DNA of 64,000 nt from an uncultured delta proteobacterium (lineage in GTDB: Bacteria > Desulfobacterota > Binatia > UBA9968). The stretch spans positions 352,001 to 416,000 of the forward strand of contig CAVUVW010000014.1 in NCBI GenBank assembly GCA_963745035.1. Reading direction: 5' to 3'. The position numbers and the translations under genes are program-made. Shown here in pieces: positions 35,060-46,111 of this stretch. Position 1 is the first letter of the stretch. Each line of letters begins with the position of its first letter. The notes beneath the pieces are model-generated. The model worked only from the letters and a program-made list of their open reading frames with translations. It was not told where the DNA came from and did no database searches.

Positions 35060-36063
35060 TGCGATTTTGGATTAGCGGATCGAGGGCGCGACCGCTAATG
35101 GTCACCCTTTGCGCGTTGCTCCTTCTTTTCTCGGTCCGACTCCAGGCGCAGCAAACCGGCAAAGTTTATCAGCTCGGTTTTCTCTCGCCGGCAACCCCAC
35201 AACCGTCGATCCCTTCCGCTTTAAATCTGGTGCCGAAGCTGCTGCAGGATTCTGGTTACATAGAGGGCCGAAACCTGGAGGTTCATCGGCGCTTCGCGGA
35301 AGGCAAACTCGAGCGGCTCCCGCAACTGGCCAAGGAGTTGGTCGATTTGCGAATGGATGTGATCGTTGCCGTCAGCCCTACCGCCATCAAGCCGGCACAA
35401 GACGCGACGAAGTCCATTCCGATCGTCATGGGCTTCGGCAAAGACCCGGTCAGGGACGGCTTCATCGCCAGCTTCGCCAAGCCCGGCGGCAATATCACCG
35501 GCGTCGTTGTGGCGCCCGAGGATGTGCTTTCCGGCAAGAGATTGGAACTACTCACGGAAGCGGTTCCCCGCGCCAGAACCATCGCTGTGCTCGCGACCGG
35601 AGAAGCCAGCTCTAAGCTGCAAATCGCGGAAGTGCAAAAAATTGCGCCGCAGCTCGAAGTAAAACTGGTCATCGTCGAGCTGCAGAAAACGGATTACGAA
35701 CATGCCTTCGCAACCCTCGCGGCCGCGAAAGCCAATGCGCTTTTTGTTCTAGCCAGTCCTATCCTCAACGCCGGCCGCGACAAGATCATACAACTCGCCG
35801 CCAAGCATAGCCTCCCGACAATCTACGAATGGCCCGAGCAAGCCGAAGTAGGTGGCATGATGGCCTACGGCAGTAGCCTGGCGGGATTATCCGGGCGCGT
35901 CGCGTGGTATGTCGAGCGAATCTTCAAAGGCGCCAAGCCCACCGATTTGCCCGTCGAGCAACCGACCAAGTTCGAGCTGGTGATCAATCTCAAAACCGCC
36001 AAACAAATCGGCCTTACCATTCCCCCGAATGTGCTGGCGCGGGCCGATCGGGTAATTCGGTGA
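35056..36063 (+). CDS. ABC_sub_bind-type SBP, copy 2
   Basis: Family motifs; start overlaps the copy 1 stop (GTGA). Confidence 0.9.
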   Translation: MMRFWISGSRARPLMVTLCALLLLFSVRLQAQQTGKVYQLGFLSPATPQPSIPSALNLVPKLLQDSGYIEGRNLEVHRRFAEGKLERLPQLAKELVDLRMDVIVAVSPTAIKPAQDATKSIPIVMGFGKDPVRDGFIASFAKPGGNITGVVVAPEDVLSGKRLELLTEAVPRARTIAVLATGEASSKLQIAEVQKIAPQLEVKLVIVELQKTDYEHAFATLAAAKANALFVLASPILNAGRDKIIQLAAKHSLPTIYEWPEQAEVGGMMAYGSSLAGLSGRVAWYVERIFKGAKPTDLPVEQPTKFELVINLKTAKQIGLTIPPNVLARADRVIR

Positions 36064-36144
36064 TCTGGCAACGATACAAAATGCGAATGGATCGATTCGT
36101 TCGATACAGAGAATGCAAGTGAAGGTTGGCGCGCCTATCGCGCG

Positions 36145-36495
36145 CTAGCCGACAAACCCGTCGACGGGAACCAATCGCTTGGCGACAGGATCGACGGCGA
36201 GGAAAAGACTTTCGAGAGCCACGGCGCCGAGCAGCGCCGGACCGTCGGGTGCGATGAAGCATGGAGTCGTAACTTCAACACCGTTCAGAGACAAACGCGC
36301 TTCGGCCACCGGCCAGACATCTCGCTGCCCGCCTGCGATTACGACTCTCTGAGAACGGACAGCTTTCAGTTCAAGCCTTTCCGCAAGCGATCGGGGTACC
36401 ACACTAAGCGTGGCGCCAGTGTCCACCAGAAGCTCTATGTCTTCAGCACGACCTGTTGGACCGGTGAGATAAGCCTTTACGTGAAATAGTCCCAT
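36145..36495 (-). CDS. Clan AA (retropepsin-like) aspartyl protease
   Basis: LVDTGA catalytic motif and C-terminal ALLGAVALE...VDP. Confidence 0.85.
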   Translation of the reverse strand: MGLFHVKAYLTGPTGRAEDIELLVDTGATLSVVPRSLAERLELKAVRSQRVVIAGGQRDVWPVAEARLSLNGVEVTTPCFIAPDGPALLGAVALESLFLAVDPVAKRLVPVDGFVG

Positions 36496-36646
36496 ATGAG
36501 GGCCCTCAGAAAATTACGGCCATTCTAACGCAGCCGGCAAACAACGCAATATCACTGTGCGCTAGCATGCGGCACACTGTTGGCGCGTTTGGATCAGTAG
36601 TCAAACGACAGCGAGCAGAGCACATTGACAGGCTAAGGAGTCGGTC

Positions 36647-37618
36647 ATGAGAAAACCATTTGTCAGTTTCCTGCTGTGCTCGGCGCTCCTGGCGTCCTGC
36701 CTGCCAGCTTACGCTCAAAAAATTCCCCGCGTCGGTATTCTTCGGGCCGGTACGCCGCTTCCGGCTGGCGAACCGGATGCAGTCTTACAGGCGCTCCGCA
36801 GCCTGGGTTATGTTGAAACGAAGAATATTATCGTGGACATCCGCTATGCCGAGGGTAATCGGAATCGTCTACGTGAATTGGCGATTGAGCTAGTCCAATC
36901 GAAAGTGGACGCGATCTACACTGGCTCCAGTCCAGCCATCTTCGCTCTCAAGCAGGCGACCCAGAGTATTCCCATCATTATCGTTAGCTCTACCGATCCG
37001 GTTCGGTCAGGTATCGTCGCCAGTCTCGCCAACCCCGGCGGCAATATCACAGGCATGTCCCTGATTTCCGCCGACCTGTGGCCTAAACGCCTGGAGATGA
37101 TCAAGGAGATTTTGCCGAAGGCTTCACGCGTGGCCATTTTTTGGAACAAGAGCAACACCGGCATGGCGATCGAAGCCAAAGCGACGCAAGACGCGGCCGT
37201 TCCCATGGGCATAACGTTGCAAGATCGCGGGGTGAAAGATGCGAGCGAGATGGAGGTGGTTTTCGATGCGATGAGCAAAGAGCGCCCGGATGCGTTCCTC
37301 GCCCTCATGGATATCACCCTTGGCGCTCACCGGAAACGCATTTTAGATTTCCTGGCGAAGGATCGAGTTCCGGCCATTTTTGAAAGTAAGGACTGGGTGC
37401 AAGCGGGCGGGCTTATATCCTACGGGCCGGACGGCGCCGATGTCACGCGTCGGGCCGTCATTCAATTGGACAAGATTCTCAAAGGCGCCAGGCCTTCCGA
37501 CATACCCGTCGAACAGCCGACCAAATTCGAGATGGTGATCAACCTCAAGACCGCGCAGCAAATCGGCCTGACGATTCCGCCGAACGTGTTAGCGAGAGCA
37601 GATCGCGTCATCCGGTGA
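36647..37618 (+). CDS. ABC_sub_bind-type SBP, copy 3
   Basis: Family motifs; RBS AAGGAG. Confidence 0.9.
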   Translation: MRKPFVSFLLCSALLASCLPAYAQKIPRVGILRAGTPLPAGEPDAVLQALRSLGYVETKNIIVDIRYAEGNRNRLRELAIELVQSKVDAIYTGSSPAIFALKQATQSIPIIIVSSTDPVRSGIVASLANPGGNITGMSLISADLWPKRLEMIKEILPKASRVAIFWNKSNTGMAIEAKATQDAAVPMGITLQDRGVKDASEMEVVFDAMSKERPDAFLALMDITLGAHRKRILDFLAKDRVPAIFESKDWVQAGGLISYGPDGADVTRRAVIQLDKILKGARPSDIPVEQPTKFEMVINLKTAQQIGLTIPPNVLARADRVIR

Positions 37619-38671
37619 CAGAAGTTACAGGTCCGCAGTCAGAAATCACACGTCCGGCGGAGCGAAGGGAAAATGACGCTGAGTGTTCCCACGAGACAAG
37701 CTAGGTGATCAAGCGAACGAATTGTGCGGACGGTCACTTCGCGGAGGCAAGCATGAATAAATGCATTCTTGTCATCGTTGCGGCGCTTCTAAGTTCCGCG
37801 CACATGGCCTTGGCGCAAAGCCTCGGCAAAATTCCGCGTATCGGCTTTCTCGCCCTGGAAAATCGGCCGTCCGGCCAGGTCGAAGCCTTTCGTCAGGGAC
37901 TTCGCGATCTGGGCTACATAGAGGGACGGACTATCAAAATCGAGTACCGGGCGCATGAGGACCGCGCACAGCTTGGCGCGCTCGCCAGTGAGCTGGTCCG
38001 GGAAAAAGTTGATGTTATCGTCACGCGTGGCGCCGCAAGCCGAGCCGCCCAGACGGTGAAAACGGTGCCGGTTGTGTTCGGTTTCAGTGGCGATCCGGTC
38101 GAAGCGGGGCTCGTGAAGAGCCTGGCGCGACCGGAAGCAAACATGACCGGTATCACTATGTTGGCTTTCGAGTTGGTCGGGAAACGCCTGGAGGTTTTAA
38201 AAGAAAGCGTCCCGAAAGTTTCTCGCGTTGCCGTGCTTTCCAGTCCAGCCCACCCAGGCGAGCAGCGCGAGCTGGCTGAAACTCAGAAGACCGCGCGAAA
38301 TCTCGGCATTATACTTCTCTACCATCAGCTTAATAGCGGGGCTGACGTTAACGCGGCGATTGACGCAACCATTAAGGACAACGCACACGCGCTCCTTGCG
38401 TTTCCGGACCCGGTAACGAACGCGCATCGCGGGCAGATCATGGATTTTGCGATCAAGCATCGACTTCCGAGCGTCTTCGGAACGGGCGAGTTTGTCGAGG
38501 CGGGAGGTCTTATGTCCTATGGCCCAGACCATAATGCATTATGGAGACGGCTCGCCGTGTACGTGGACAAGATCCTCAAGGGCGCCAAACCCGCGGATCT
38601 CCCCGTCGAACAGCCGACGAAGTTCGAGCTGGTGATCAATCTCAAAACCGCGAAGCAGATCGGATTAGCTA

Positions 38672-40141
38672 GTTCTCACTGAAAAAGTAGGGTTGAGACT
38701 GGATTGGAGATCATCAGCGACTGAATCGGTTTTTCAAATGGGAACAATCTTTAGAGTTGATCATCACTCAGGTTCTTTGCCACAGGTTGTAAGAGAAGAT
38801 CGCCCATCCTGTCCAGATAGCCGTTCCTGCAGAGCCCTTGGCCAGCACTCGACCCAAGCCGAACTTGCGTTTCAGCATACTGATGGAGGCTTCTATGCCG
38901 CAGCGAAACCGTTGCAATTGTCTGAACCACTTCTTTCTTTGATGAGTCTTTTCACGGCTGCTCAAGCGGCCCACTTTCGGGATGCCGATTTTCTCAATCC
39001 CGGCCTGGCTGAGTTTCAGCACGTTATCGCAACTGTAGTAACCTCGATCCGCGGCCAGTTCCTTAGGTTTTATCCCCACAGCGGTTTTTGCCTGTCGCAG
39101 TACCGAAAGCAGTTCGGTCCTGTCGCTGGGGTTGCCCCTGTGAACCTCGTAGTGAACGATGACTCCACAACTGTCCTGCACCAACTGCAGCGTGCGCCCA
39201 AACTCCACCGCCTTATTAAGTTTCCCTTTGCGAATCGGCCGCACCTCAGGGTCGTGGAAGGAAACGATCCGCTGCGGGATCGATTTTTGTCCCTCAAGCT
39301 TTTGCTCGGTCTGGCTCAGAATAGTTTGGGCCCGCTCGATTTGCTCCAAAAACTTCCCCTTGAGCTTAGCACACTGATCCGACACCGATGGAAACGCTTG
39401 GCGGCTCTGTCGAACGGTGTGTTGGCAAGCTTGGCCACTTTCTTGAGGATTTTTTTTCCCTTCCTTTGACGCTCTTTGGGCTTGCCCTTGGCCGACTGAC
39501 TCCAGCTAAAAAGCGCCCGCTTGGTGGCCCGCACGTGGCTGGTGATCTTTTGACCCAAAGAGCGCGCCGTACGGGTAAGCGTTTTGATCGCCTGGTGCAT
39601 CACTCCAACATCGTTGGGGTAGCTGATGTGAGCCTCCAGGGTGGTGGAGTCGATCCGAATCCGGCGCGGCTTAATCGATCGACTCTTGATCAACTGCTTG
39701 ACCAAATGCTTGTTGAGACCGCTGATCCGATCTTGGCCAAATCTTTGATTGAGCTTGATCAAAGTCGTAGCGTCGGGGACGGGATCCATCAGGGAAAGAT
39801 GGCAAAAATACCGCCACGGCAGCCTCTCTCGGACTTCCCGCTCCACTTCTTCGTAGCTCAAGCCCCAGCGAAATTTCAGGTACATCATCCGCAGATAGAT
39901 CCCCACCGCCGTGCCGGGACGGCCCAGACTCGGATCGAAAACCTCTTCAAAGGGTCTCAGCAACGGCGCATTGGACAAAAGCTCATCGACCTTTTTAAGC
40001 TCTTCATCCAATTCGTAGAGCGAGGCATCGATAAAACCATCGCCAAAACTCATTTGCTGAGATATGGGTCTGCGCATGATTTACTCTTTACACGATACTA
40101 CTGCTCAGACCCAAGAAAATTTGTACTTTTTCAGTGAGAAC
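38672..40141 (-). mobile_element. 1470-bp insertion sequence (IS5/ISNCY-like) with perfect 18-bp IRs and 6-bp target duplication
   Basis: IR GTTCTCACTGAAAAAGTA / TACTTTTTCAGTGAGAAC. TAGCTA at 38666-38671 and 40142-40147. Confidence 0.93.
38768..40077 (-). CDS. DDE transposase in two ORFs (frameshift near 39400)
   Basis: GRP, PDATTL, RIDST, GRTLQL, AADRGY and RCGIEASISMLKR. Confidence 0.88.
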
Positions 40142-40196
40142 TAGCTATTCCGCCGAATGTGTTGGCGAGGGCGGACAGGGTGATCAAGTAAATCTG

Positions 40197-41175
40197 ATGA
40201 AACGACTGGCTAGCTTGGTACTGGCCGTTCTTCTTTTTCCCTTCGGCTCAGTCGATGCGCAGCAGCCGAAGAAGGTCTCTCGCATAGGTTATCTATCGTC
40301 GGGCTCCACTTCCGGCAGCGTAGCCAGCCTCGAAGCTTTCCACCAAGGTTTACGAGAGTCCGGTTACGTCGAGCGAAAAAATATTATCATCGAGTACAGA
40401 TGGGCCGAGGGTAAACTTGACCGGCTTCCCGAACTTGCAACCGAACTGGTCAACCTTGGCGTGGATATCATCGTGACGGTGGGCACGCCGCCGGTTCTCG
40501 CTGCCAAGCGCGCGACCAACACGATCCCCATCATCGCCGCCAATGCAGATAATCTTGTCGAGTTGGGTGTTGTCGCAAGCCTCGCTCGACCCGGTGGAAA
40601 CGTCACGGGATCGACGAGAGTTGACGCGGATTTCAGCGCAAAGCGGCTGGAACTCCTAAAGGAAACTCTCCCCAAGCTCTCTCGTGTAGCTGTGCTTTCC
40701 CATGGAGCGCTCGGCGCAGATCAGGAGGAATTGAAAGAGATCCAGGCGGCAGCCCGACCTTTAGGAATTCAGATTCATTCCTTCACGACGCAAGAGCCTG
40801 GGCATTTCCTGGCCGCCTATGCTGAAATGCTCAAGCGACGTGCCGATGCTCTTATTGTTTTTACCAGCGCCTTCACCTCGTTCCATCGCAGTCACCTCGT
40901 AGAGCTTGCCGTCAAGAACCGGGCTGCCGACGATGTGTGGCGGAGCTAACTGGACCGACGTTGGTTGCGTCATGTCCTATGGGCCAAACGTACTAGAACT
41001 GTCCCGGCGCGCCGCCGTTTTTGTGGACAAGATTTTGAAAGGAACAAAGCCAGCCGACATTCCAGTCGAGCAGCCGACGAAGTTCGAGTTCATCATCAAC
41101 CTCAAAGCAGCCAAGCAGATCGGCCTGACGATTCCGCCGAACGTGCTAGCGCGGGCGGACAAAGTGATTCGGTGA
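40197..41175 (+). CDS. ABC_sub_bind-type SBP, copy 5; frameshift near 40920
   Basis: ORFs 40134..40949 and 40906..41175 join into a full family member. Confidence 0.85.
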
Positions 41176-42206
41176 TTCCATTTTGGATTTTAGATTTTGC
41201 ACTTTCGATTAGCGGAGCGAGAGCGCGACTTCCGTTGGTTTTGCTTTGCGCCTTGCTCGTTGCGTTTAGCGTGCCCGGCGAAGCTCAGCAATCATTGGGC
41301 AAACTCCCACGAATAGGATTCATCTCAGGGAGCGGCGATCCGTCCAATCCCGCCGTCTCAGAAAGAGCGTTTCGCCAAGCTCTGAGAGATCTCGCCTATG
41401 TCGAAGGCAGAAACCTGGTCCTTGACGTCCGCTATGCCGAGGGAGACCGAAATCGTATTCCAAGCATTGTGGCAGAACTGGTCCAGCTAAGAGTCGATGC
41501 GATCGTCACGGGCAATCTAACCGCCGTCCGCGCAGCCAAACATGCGACCCAGACGATTCCGATCGTAATGGTCACCAACGCCGATCCGGTTGCAACACAA
41601 CTCATCGACAGTCTGGCGCGTCCCGGCGGAAATATCACCGGCCTCACGAATCTCAGTCGAGACTTGAGCGCGAAGCGCCTCGAGCTGCTCAAAGAGATCG
41701 TCCCGAACCTTTCGCGTGTTGCCATTCTCTGGGACGATTCTAATGAAGGCTCTGTCATCGGCTTCAAGGAGTATGAAGCGGCTGCGCGTCCTTTGAAGCT
41801 GCACATTGAATCGCTGGCCGTGCGTGGTGCCGAGCCGGATATTGAGCTCGCGGTTGCATCCGTGAAAGGCCGAGCTAACGGCTTTATTCCCATCAGAAGC
41901 GCCGTAATCCTCCGCTATCCCGCCAGGATCGCTCGGCTCGCGTTGACTCACCGGCTGCCTTCGATTCACGACGGAAGTAACTACGTCGAGGCTGGCGGAT
42001 TGGCATCCTATTCATCGAATGATGCTGACCTTTTCAGACGAGCCGCCGTATTTGTAGATAGAATTCTAAAAGGCACAAAACCTTCCGACTTGCCGGTAGA
42101 ACAACCGACGAAGTTTGAGCTGGTGATCAATCTTAAAACCGCCAAGCAAATCGGCCTCACTATTCCGCCGAACGTGCTGGCCAGAGCGGATAGAGTCATC
42201 CGATGA
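41172..42206 (+). CDS. ABC_sub_bind-type SBP, copy 6
   Basis: GTG overlaps the copy 5 stop; family motifs. Confidence 0.88.
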   Translation: MIPFWILDFALSISGARARLPLVLLCALLVAFSVPGEAQQSLGKLPRIGFISGSGDPSNPAVSERAFRQALRDLAYVEGRNLVLDVRYAEGDRNRIPSIVAELVQLRVDAIVTGNLTAVRAAKHATQTIPIVMVTNADPVATQLIDSLARPGGNITGLTNLSRDLSAKRLELLKEIVPNLSRVAILWDDSNEGSVIGFKEYEAAARPLKLHIESLAVRGAEPDIELAVASVKGRANGFIPIRSAVILRYPARIARLALTHRLPSIHDGSNYVEAGGLASYSSNDADLFRRAAVFVDRILKGTKPSDLPVEQPTKFELVINLKTAKQIGLTIPPNVLARADRVIR

Positions 42207-42256
42207 CCGACAATCCAAACACAGCAATCCAAAATCGAAGATCTAAAATCGTCATG

Positions 42257-42295
42257 GTTCCGCCCAATGTTTTGGCTAGGACGAACTGAGTTATC
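42257..42295 (+). pseudogene. Degenerate orphan copy of the SBP 3' end
   Basis: Translates VPPNVLARTN*VI versus consensus [13 protein letters not shown]. Confidence 0.6.
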
Positions 42296-42542
42296 GATCA
42301 TCCGAGCAATCGCTGAGCGCCGCTGAAATATCCAAGCGGAACCGGCGAAATTTGATGTTTATAGTATGCAAGCGCAGCGCGTCCAGTTGACCCGACTAAA
42401 TTGACACACGACAACTTTGATGTATATCGTCTGCCCGGTAATAGGATCCTTTACGCCGCTTCGACCAGGGCAAACGAGCTGAATCCAGAAGAGTTTGGCT
42501 GTGTTGCCGTAGCAAGGCAGCCGAGACCCTGAAGGAGGACCG

Positions 42543-43520
42543 ATGAAACATCTGCTCGCAGCACTTGCCAGCCTCGCAATGGCCGCGTGCGGCGCCACCA
42601 ATCTGAGCAACACCAGTGGAGTCGTGAAAATCACCGGGCTCGGTAGCCATGACGGCGAGCTCTGTTCCTTCGATCGCGCGATCATTTTCGAGGACCCCGA
42701 CGGCACGCGAATCCTTTATGATGTCGGCCGCACGGTGCGCGGCGGCAACGATCCGCGGCTGGGCAAAATCGACGCGGTGCTCCTTACCCATGTGCATGGC
42801 GATCATATCGGTGACTCGCACCAGCCCTCCGCGAACGCCGGCAGTTGCCCAAAACCCGACGTGTCGGTCAATGCTGCGCCCAACTCCAACACCGTGAATG
42901 TCGTACTTGCCAAGCAGGCGCCTCTGATCGTAGGCGGCGAAATGCACTTTTTCTTCTCGGCGAAACTCAAGTCCCTCGGCGGGGACCCGGCCAGGCTGGT
43001 GCGGTTGGTGCGCTTCGGCGCGACCACTTCGATCGGAAAGGTCGTGGTCGCGGGCGTTCCCGCCTCTCACACCAACGGCCTCCCGCCGGCCTTCCTCCCC
43101 AAGGAGCAACAGCAGCTCTTAGCGGCGAGCGGCCTTACCGCCTACGTCGGACCGCCGGGCGGATTCGTTCTGCGCTTCAGCAACGGCCTCGTCGCTTACC
43201 TGTCCGGCGATACGGGCATTACTGCCGAGCAGGAGCTTGTGGTACGCCGGCACCATGGTGCCAACGTCGTGGTGATGAGCGTCGCTGGCGCTCCCAATAT
43301 GACCGGGCCGAGCGAGGCGGCATTCGTCGTAAACGATCTGGTTCGGCCGAACTCGGTCATCGTCACGCATGTCAACGAGGCAGCGACGGTGAACGGCAAA
43401 GTGGTTCCGACAAGCAAGACCGCCGCCTTTCAGAAGGCGGTCACAGTGCCGGTGCACGTGCCGCTCAGCGGCAAGACAATGGAATTCGACGGCAGCGGGC
43501 GCTGCTCCTCGAATTGCTGA
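42543..43520 (+). CDS. Metallo-beta-lactamase-fold hydrolase, probable lipoprotein
   Basis: Lipobox-like MAAC, THVHGDH, SH, YLSGDTG and VTH; RBS GGAGG. Confidence 0.85.
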   Translation: MKHLLAALASLAMAACGATNLSNTSGVVKITGLGSHDGELCSFDRAIIFEDPDGTRILYDVGRTVRGGNDPRLGKIDAVLLTHVHGDHIGDSHQPSANAGSCPKPDVSVNAAPNSNTVNVVLAKQAPLIVGGEMHFFFSAKLKSLGGDPARLVRLVRFGATTSIGKVVVAGVPASHTNGLPPAFLPKEQQQLLAASGLTAYVGPPGGFVLRFSNGLVAYLSGDTGITAEQELVVRRHHGANVVVMSVAGAPNMTGPSEAAFVVNDLVRPNSVIVTHVNEAATVNGKVVPTSKTAAFQKAVTVPVHVPLSGKTMEFDGSGRCSSNC

Positions 43521-43648
43521 AAACCCTTATGCCATCCACCAAATCCTCGCTGCGACATAATCCCGACAACACAGGCGCGTCGAAGATGAACGGCAGCGGG
43601 TTTATGGCGAAACATTCCGGACGCGTGGGCATGCCGAGATTTCTTTTT

Positions 43649-43945
43649 ATGAACCGCTTTCGTTCAATCCTTCTTGCCATCCTGCCAATCGTGGTGACTG
43701 CCTGCGCCATGGGCGAATTTCATGAGACGGCTCTATACACACAAGAAACCAATGATGGTGACGGCTACTGCCACAAGGTATTTCAACCCATAGGTCCCAC
43801 AGATCTGATAAGGCCGACGCAAAGCCGCGCAGGCGACTACATCAATTACTCCGGTCCGTGCGACGGCCTCACAGTCGAGGAACAGGCCAGAAAGCAAAGA
43901 CGTTTCGAGCAATTTCGCTTCGGCAGAGACTTCATGCCCGGGTGA
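43649..43945 (+). CDS. Small secreted or lipoprotein hypothetical, YCH...GPC family (A)
   Basis: Signal ending VTAC; GYCHKVF...GDYINYSGPCD. Paralogues at 52.3 kb and 55.2 kb. Confidence 0.7.
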   Translation: MNRFRSILLAILPIVVTACAMGEFHETALYTQETNDGDGYCHKVFQPIGPTDLIRPTQSRAGDYINYSGPCDGLTVEEQARKQRRFEQFRFGRDFMPG

Positions 43946-44060
43946 CGCATTCCTCTTCATCATAGCCGATTCCCGTTTTTCGCAAAGATCGAGATCCCAC
44001 CGCGGGAGGCAGAGACCACTAAATTGTTGGAAAGCACCTTCGCGTCCGCGGAGAAAAGCC

Positions 44061-45044
44061 ATGAAAAGAATTTTCATCGCCCTCGCTCTTCTCATCATGC
44101 TCCCTGGCTTTGCTGTCATCGCTCAGGCTCAGCAAACGGCAAGACTCCCGCGCGTCGCGCGCCTTTCACCGAGCACTGCGAACGCGGATGAGATCATGCT
44201 GGCGGGGTTTCGGCAGGGACTGAAAGAGCACGGCTGGATAGAGAACAAGAATATCGCGCTCGAATACCGATTCGCGGACGGCAAAACCGATCGGCTGAAC
44301 GACCTTGCGGCAGAACTTGTCCGGCTTAAAGTCGACGTTATCCTCTCCGGAGCGACCGTAGGCGCGCAGGCTGCCAAACGCGCGACCAGTACGATTCCGA
44401 TCGTGCTGGTAACAACCGGCGATCCCGTCGCTGCCGGTCTGGTCGCAAGTTTGGCGCGGCCCGGCGGCAATTTAACCGGAGTGACGGCGCTCGGCCAGGA
44501 ACTGAGCGGCAAGCGGCTCCAGCTTCTCAAAGAAGCTTTGCCCGGTATCAATCACGTAGCGGTATTGTCGAATCCGACCAATCCCGACAGCAAATTCTCC
44601 GTGAAAGAGGTTGAAGCCGCGGCCAATGACCTCGGGGTACGGATCAAAGTGCATGAAGCCGCCGATCCGAGCAGGTTTGAAGGGGCGTTTCGGGCCATGA
44701 CCGCCGAGCGTGCCGGCGCGGTCCTAGTGCTCACGGATTCCATGCTTTTCACGTACCGCAAACGGATCGTAGAACTCGCGGCACAAAGTCGTTTGCCCGC
44801 GATGTATCCCATCAGCGAATACGCGAACGTCGGCGGGCTGATGTTTTACGGCGCGAACTTTCCCGACATGTACCGCCAGGCCGCGGCCTTCGTGGACAAG
44901 ATTCTCAGAGGCACCAGGCCGGCCGATCTTCCGGTCGAGCAAGCGAAGAAATTCGAATTGATTATCAATCTCAATGCCGCCAAGCAGATCGGCCTGACCA
45001 TTCCGCCGAACGTGCTGGCGCGGGCGGACAAGGTGATCAAATGA
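44061..45044 (+). CDS. ABC_sub_bind-type SBP, copy 7
   Basis: Family motifs. Confidence 0.9.
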   Translation: MKRIFIALALLIMLPGFAVIAQAQQTARLPRVARLSPSTANADEIMLAGFRQGLKEHGWIENKNIALEYRFADGKTDRLNDLAAELVRLKVDVILSGATVGAQAAKRATSTIPIVLVTTGDPVAAGLVASLARPGGNLTGVTALGQELSGKRLQLLKEALPGINHVAVLSNPTNPDSKFSVKEVEAAANDLGVRIKVHEAADPSRFEGAFRAMTAERAGAVLVLTDSMLFTYRKRIVELAAQSRLPAMYPISEYANVGGLMFYGANFPDMYRQAAAFVDKILRGTRPADLPVEQAKKFELIINLNAAKQIGLTIPPNVLARADKVIK

Positions 45045-46069
45045 CAGTCGTCAGTAGTCAGTGGTCAGTAGTCAGCAAAAAAGCAGGTCTTTTCTGGTTA
45101 CTGATCACTGTCTTGCTGATTACTGTTTCTCCCGCCACGGCGCAGCAGCCAGCGAAAGTCTCCCGGTTAGGGTATCTATCAAATACCGATCCAGCTACTG
45201 ACTCCGCCCGTGCCGAAGGAATTCGGCTAGCTCTGCGCGAGCTTGGCTACATAGAAGGACAGAACATCGCCATCGAGTACCGATATGCGGAGGGGAGGCC
45301 CGAGCGGGATCCTGGGCTTGCGGCCGAGCTGGTGCGTCTCAAGGTTGATATCATCGTGGTAGCGTCAGGGGACGTGACGATCCGGGCGGCCAAGAATGCA
45401 ACCAAGACGATTCCCATCGTCATGACGGGCCTTGGGTCCGATCCTGTTAGGGCAGGTTTCGTTGAAAGCCTTGCTCGTCCCGGCGGCAATGTCACCGGCC
45501 TCACAGCCCTTAACAGGGAACTAGGCGGGAAGCGGCTGGAGCTGCTCAAAGAAGCGGTTCCCAAACTTTCCTTTGTCGCGGTTCTCTACGATCCGGCCAA
45601 TCCGCCCAGTTTACACGAGATGAAAGAGCTTCTCCCGGTCGACGCGCATGCACTAAAGTTGACTATTCAACCTTGGGAGATACGAGCGGTGGACGACTTC
45701 GAGAAGGTCTTTGCTGCGCTAAACAAGCAGCGCCCGGATGGACTCTACCCGTTCGGCGCGGGCGGGATAATGCGTCCTAACCGAAAACGAATCGTGGACT
45801 TTGCGTTAAAGAGCCGGCTACCGTCGATGTACTCCAGCAGAGAAGCTGTAGAGGCTGGTGGCCTCATGTCCTACGCCGCGGACGTCGCAGACAGTTACCG
45901 GCGCGTAGCTATCTACGTGGACAAAATCCTGAAGGGAGCCAAACCTGCCGATCTCCCTGTCGAACAGCCGACGAAATTTGAGCTGGTGATCAACTTGAAG
46001 ACGGCAAAGCAGATTGGCGTCACCATTTCCCAGAAAGTGCTGGCGCGAGCGGATAAAGTGATCCGATAG
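45041..46069 (+). CDS. ABC_sub_bind-type SBP, copy 8
   Basis: ATGA overlap with copy 7; N-terminus encoded by CAGTNGT heptamers. Confidence 0.9.
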   Translation: MTVVSSQWSVVSKKAGLFWLLITVLLITVSPATAQQPAKVSRLGYLSNTDPATDSARAEGIRLALRELGYIEGQNIAIEYRYAEGRPERDPGLAAELVRLKVDIIVVASGDVTIRAAKNATKTIPIVMTGLGSDPVRAGFVESLARPGGNVTGLTALNRELGGKRLELLKEAVPKLSFVAVLYDPANPPSLHEMKELLPVDAHALKLTIQPWEIRAVDDFEKVFAALNKQRPDGLYPFGAGGIMRPNRKRIVDFALKSRLPSMYSSREAVEAGGLMSYAADVADSYRRVAIYVDKILKGAKPADLPVEQPTKFELVINLKTAKQIGVTISQKVLARADKVIR

Positions 46070-46111
46070 ACACGGATCGGGGATGTGGCAGGGTTGATTT
46101 GGTGCGCCGGT

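Larger units (their letters stand above)
37753..40191 (+). pseudogene. ABC_sub_bind-type SBP, copy 4, interrupted near its 3' end by an IS
   Basis: Reads ...KQIGLA at 38670 and resumes [14 protein letters not shown] after the IS (to 40191). Confidence 0.9.

Noticed and set aside
36570-36584. Possible sigma54 site CGGCACACTGTTGGC before SBP copy 3
   Set aside because: The -12 element is TGGC rather than TTGC, which is too weak to call.
41132-41160. TCCGCC...GGCGGA hairpin in the SBP tail as an attC-like site
   Set aside because: It is present in only some copies and can be explained by codon choice. There are no RYYYAAC/GTTRRRY boxes and no integrase is seen.
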